DNA of 63,967 nucleotides, filler included, from Octopus bimaculoides (taxonomy: Eukaryota): NCBI RefSeq assembly GCF_001194135.2. It is 5 parts of 5 records of this genome, joined end to end, with 100 filler letters (N's around TTAATTAATTAA, not from the genome) between each part and the next. Parts side by side here need not be neighbours in the genome. Positions count along the whole stretch, not along the records: positions 62,838 to 63,967 come from NW_026310174.1; 4 more parts are not named here. One strand, given 5' to 3'. The position numbers were made by a program, and so were the translations under genes. The notes beneath the pieces are model-generated. The model was not told the origin of the DNA, did not search any database, and saw only the letters and a list, made by a program, of their open reading frames with translations. Below, piece by piece: positions 63,715 to 63,967 of the stretch; position 1 is the first letter of the stretch; each line of letters opens with the position of its first letter.

Positions 63715-63967
<253 letters not shown>

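Overview
AT-rich, microsatellite-dense metazoan genomic DNA with many N gaps. The repeat content resembles an octopus/cephalopod draft assembly (inference from remembered repeat families, not checked). I can identify no host protein-coding gene with confidence; almost all ORF-track entries are simple-repeat or gap artefacts. The interpretable content is mobile DNA. There are three tRNA-headed SINE families (my labels A, B, C; >25 copies/fragments) and LINE fragments of four types: a CR1-like 3' end, an RTE-like 3' end, several Dong/R4-like pieces and an L1/Tx1-like ORF1. There is also a complete but degraded Tc1 element with TIRs and TA TSD, three fold-back/MITE elements at 48.7-50.6 kb, and solo hAT, mariner and Helitron-like ends. 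Best observations: (1) SINE A and the CR1-like LINE nested inside one SINE A copy share a 40-nt 3' double hairpin whose differences are compensatory or unpaired, which points to a LINE-SINE partner pair; (2) a Dong/R4 3' fragment is flanked by (TAA)n on both sides; (3) a (TTAGGG)5 tract is fused to a broken SINE inside a TSD-flanked MITE; (4) degenerate minimal hammerhead ribozyme motifs; (5) a 356-bp near-perfect palindrome; (6) two promoter-like sites. None is shown to be a new biological system; all need database and expression checks.
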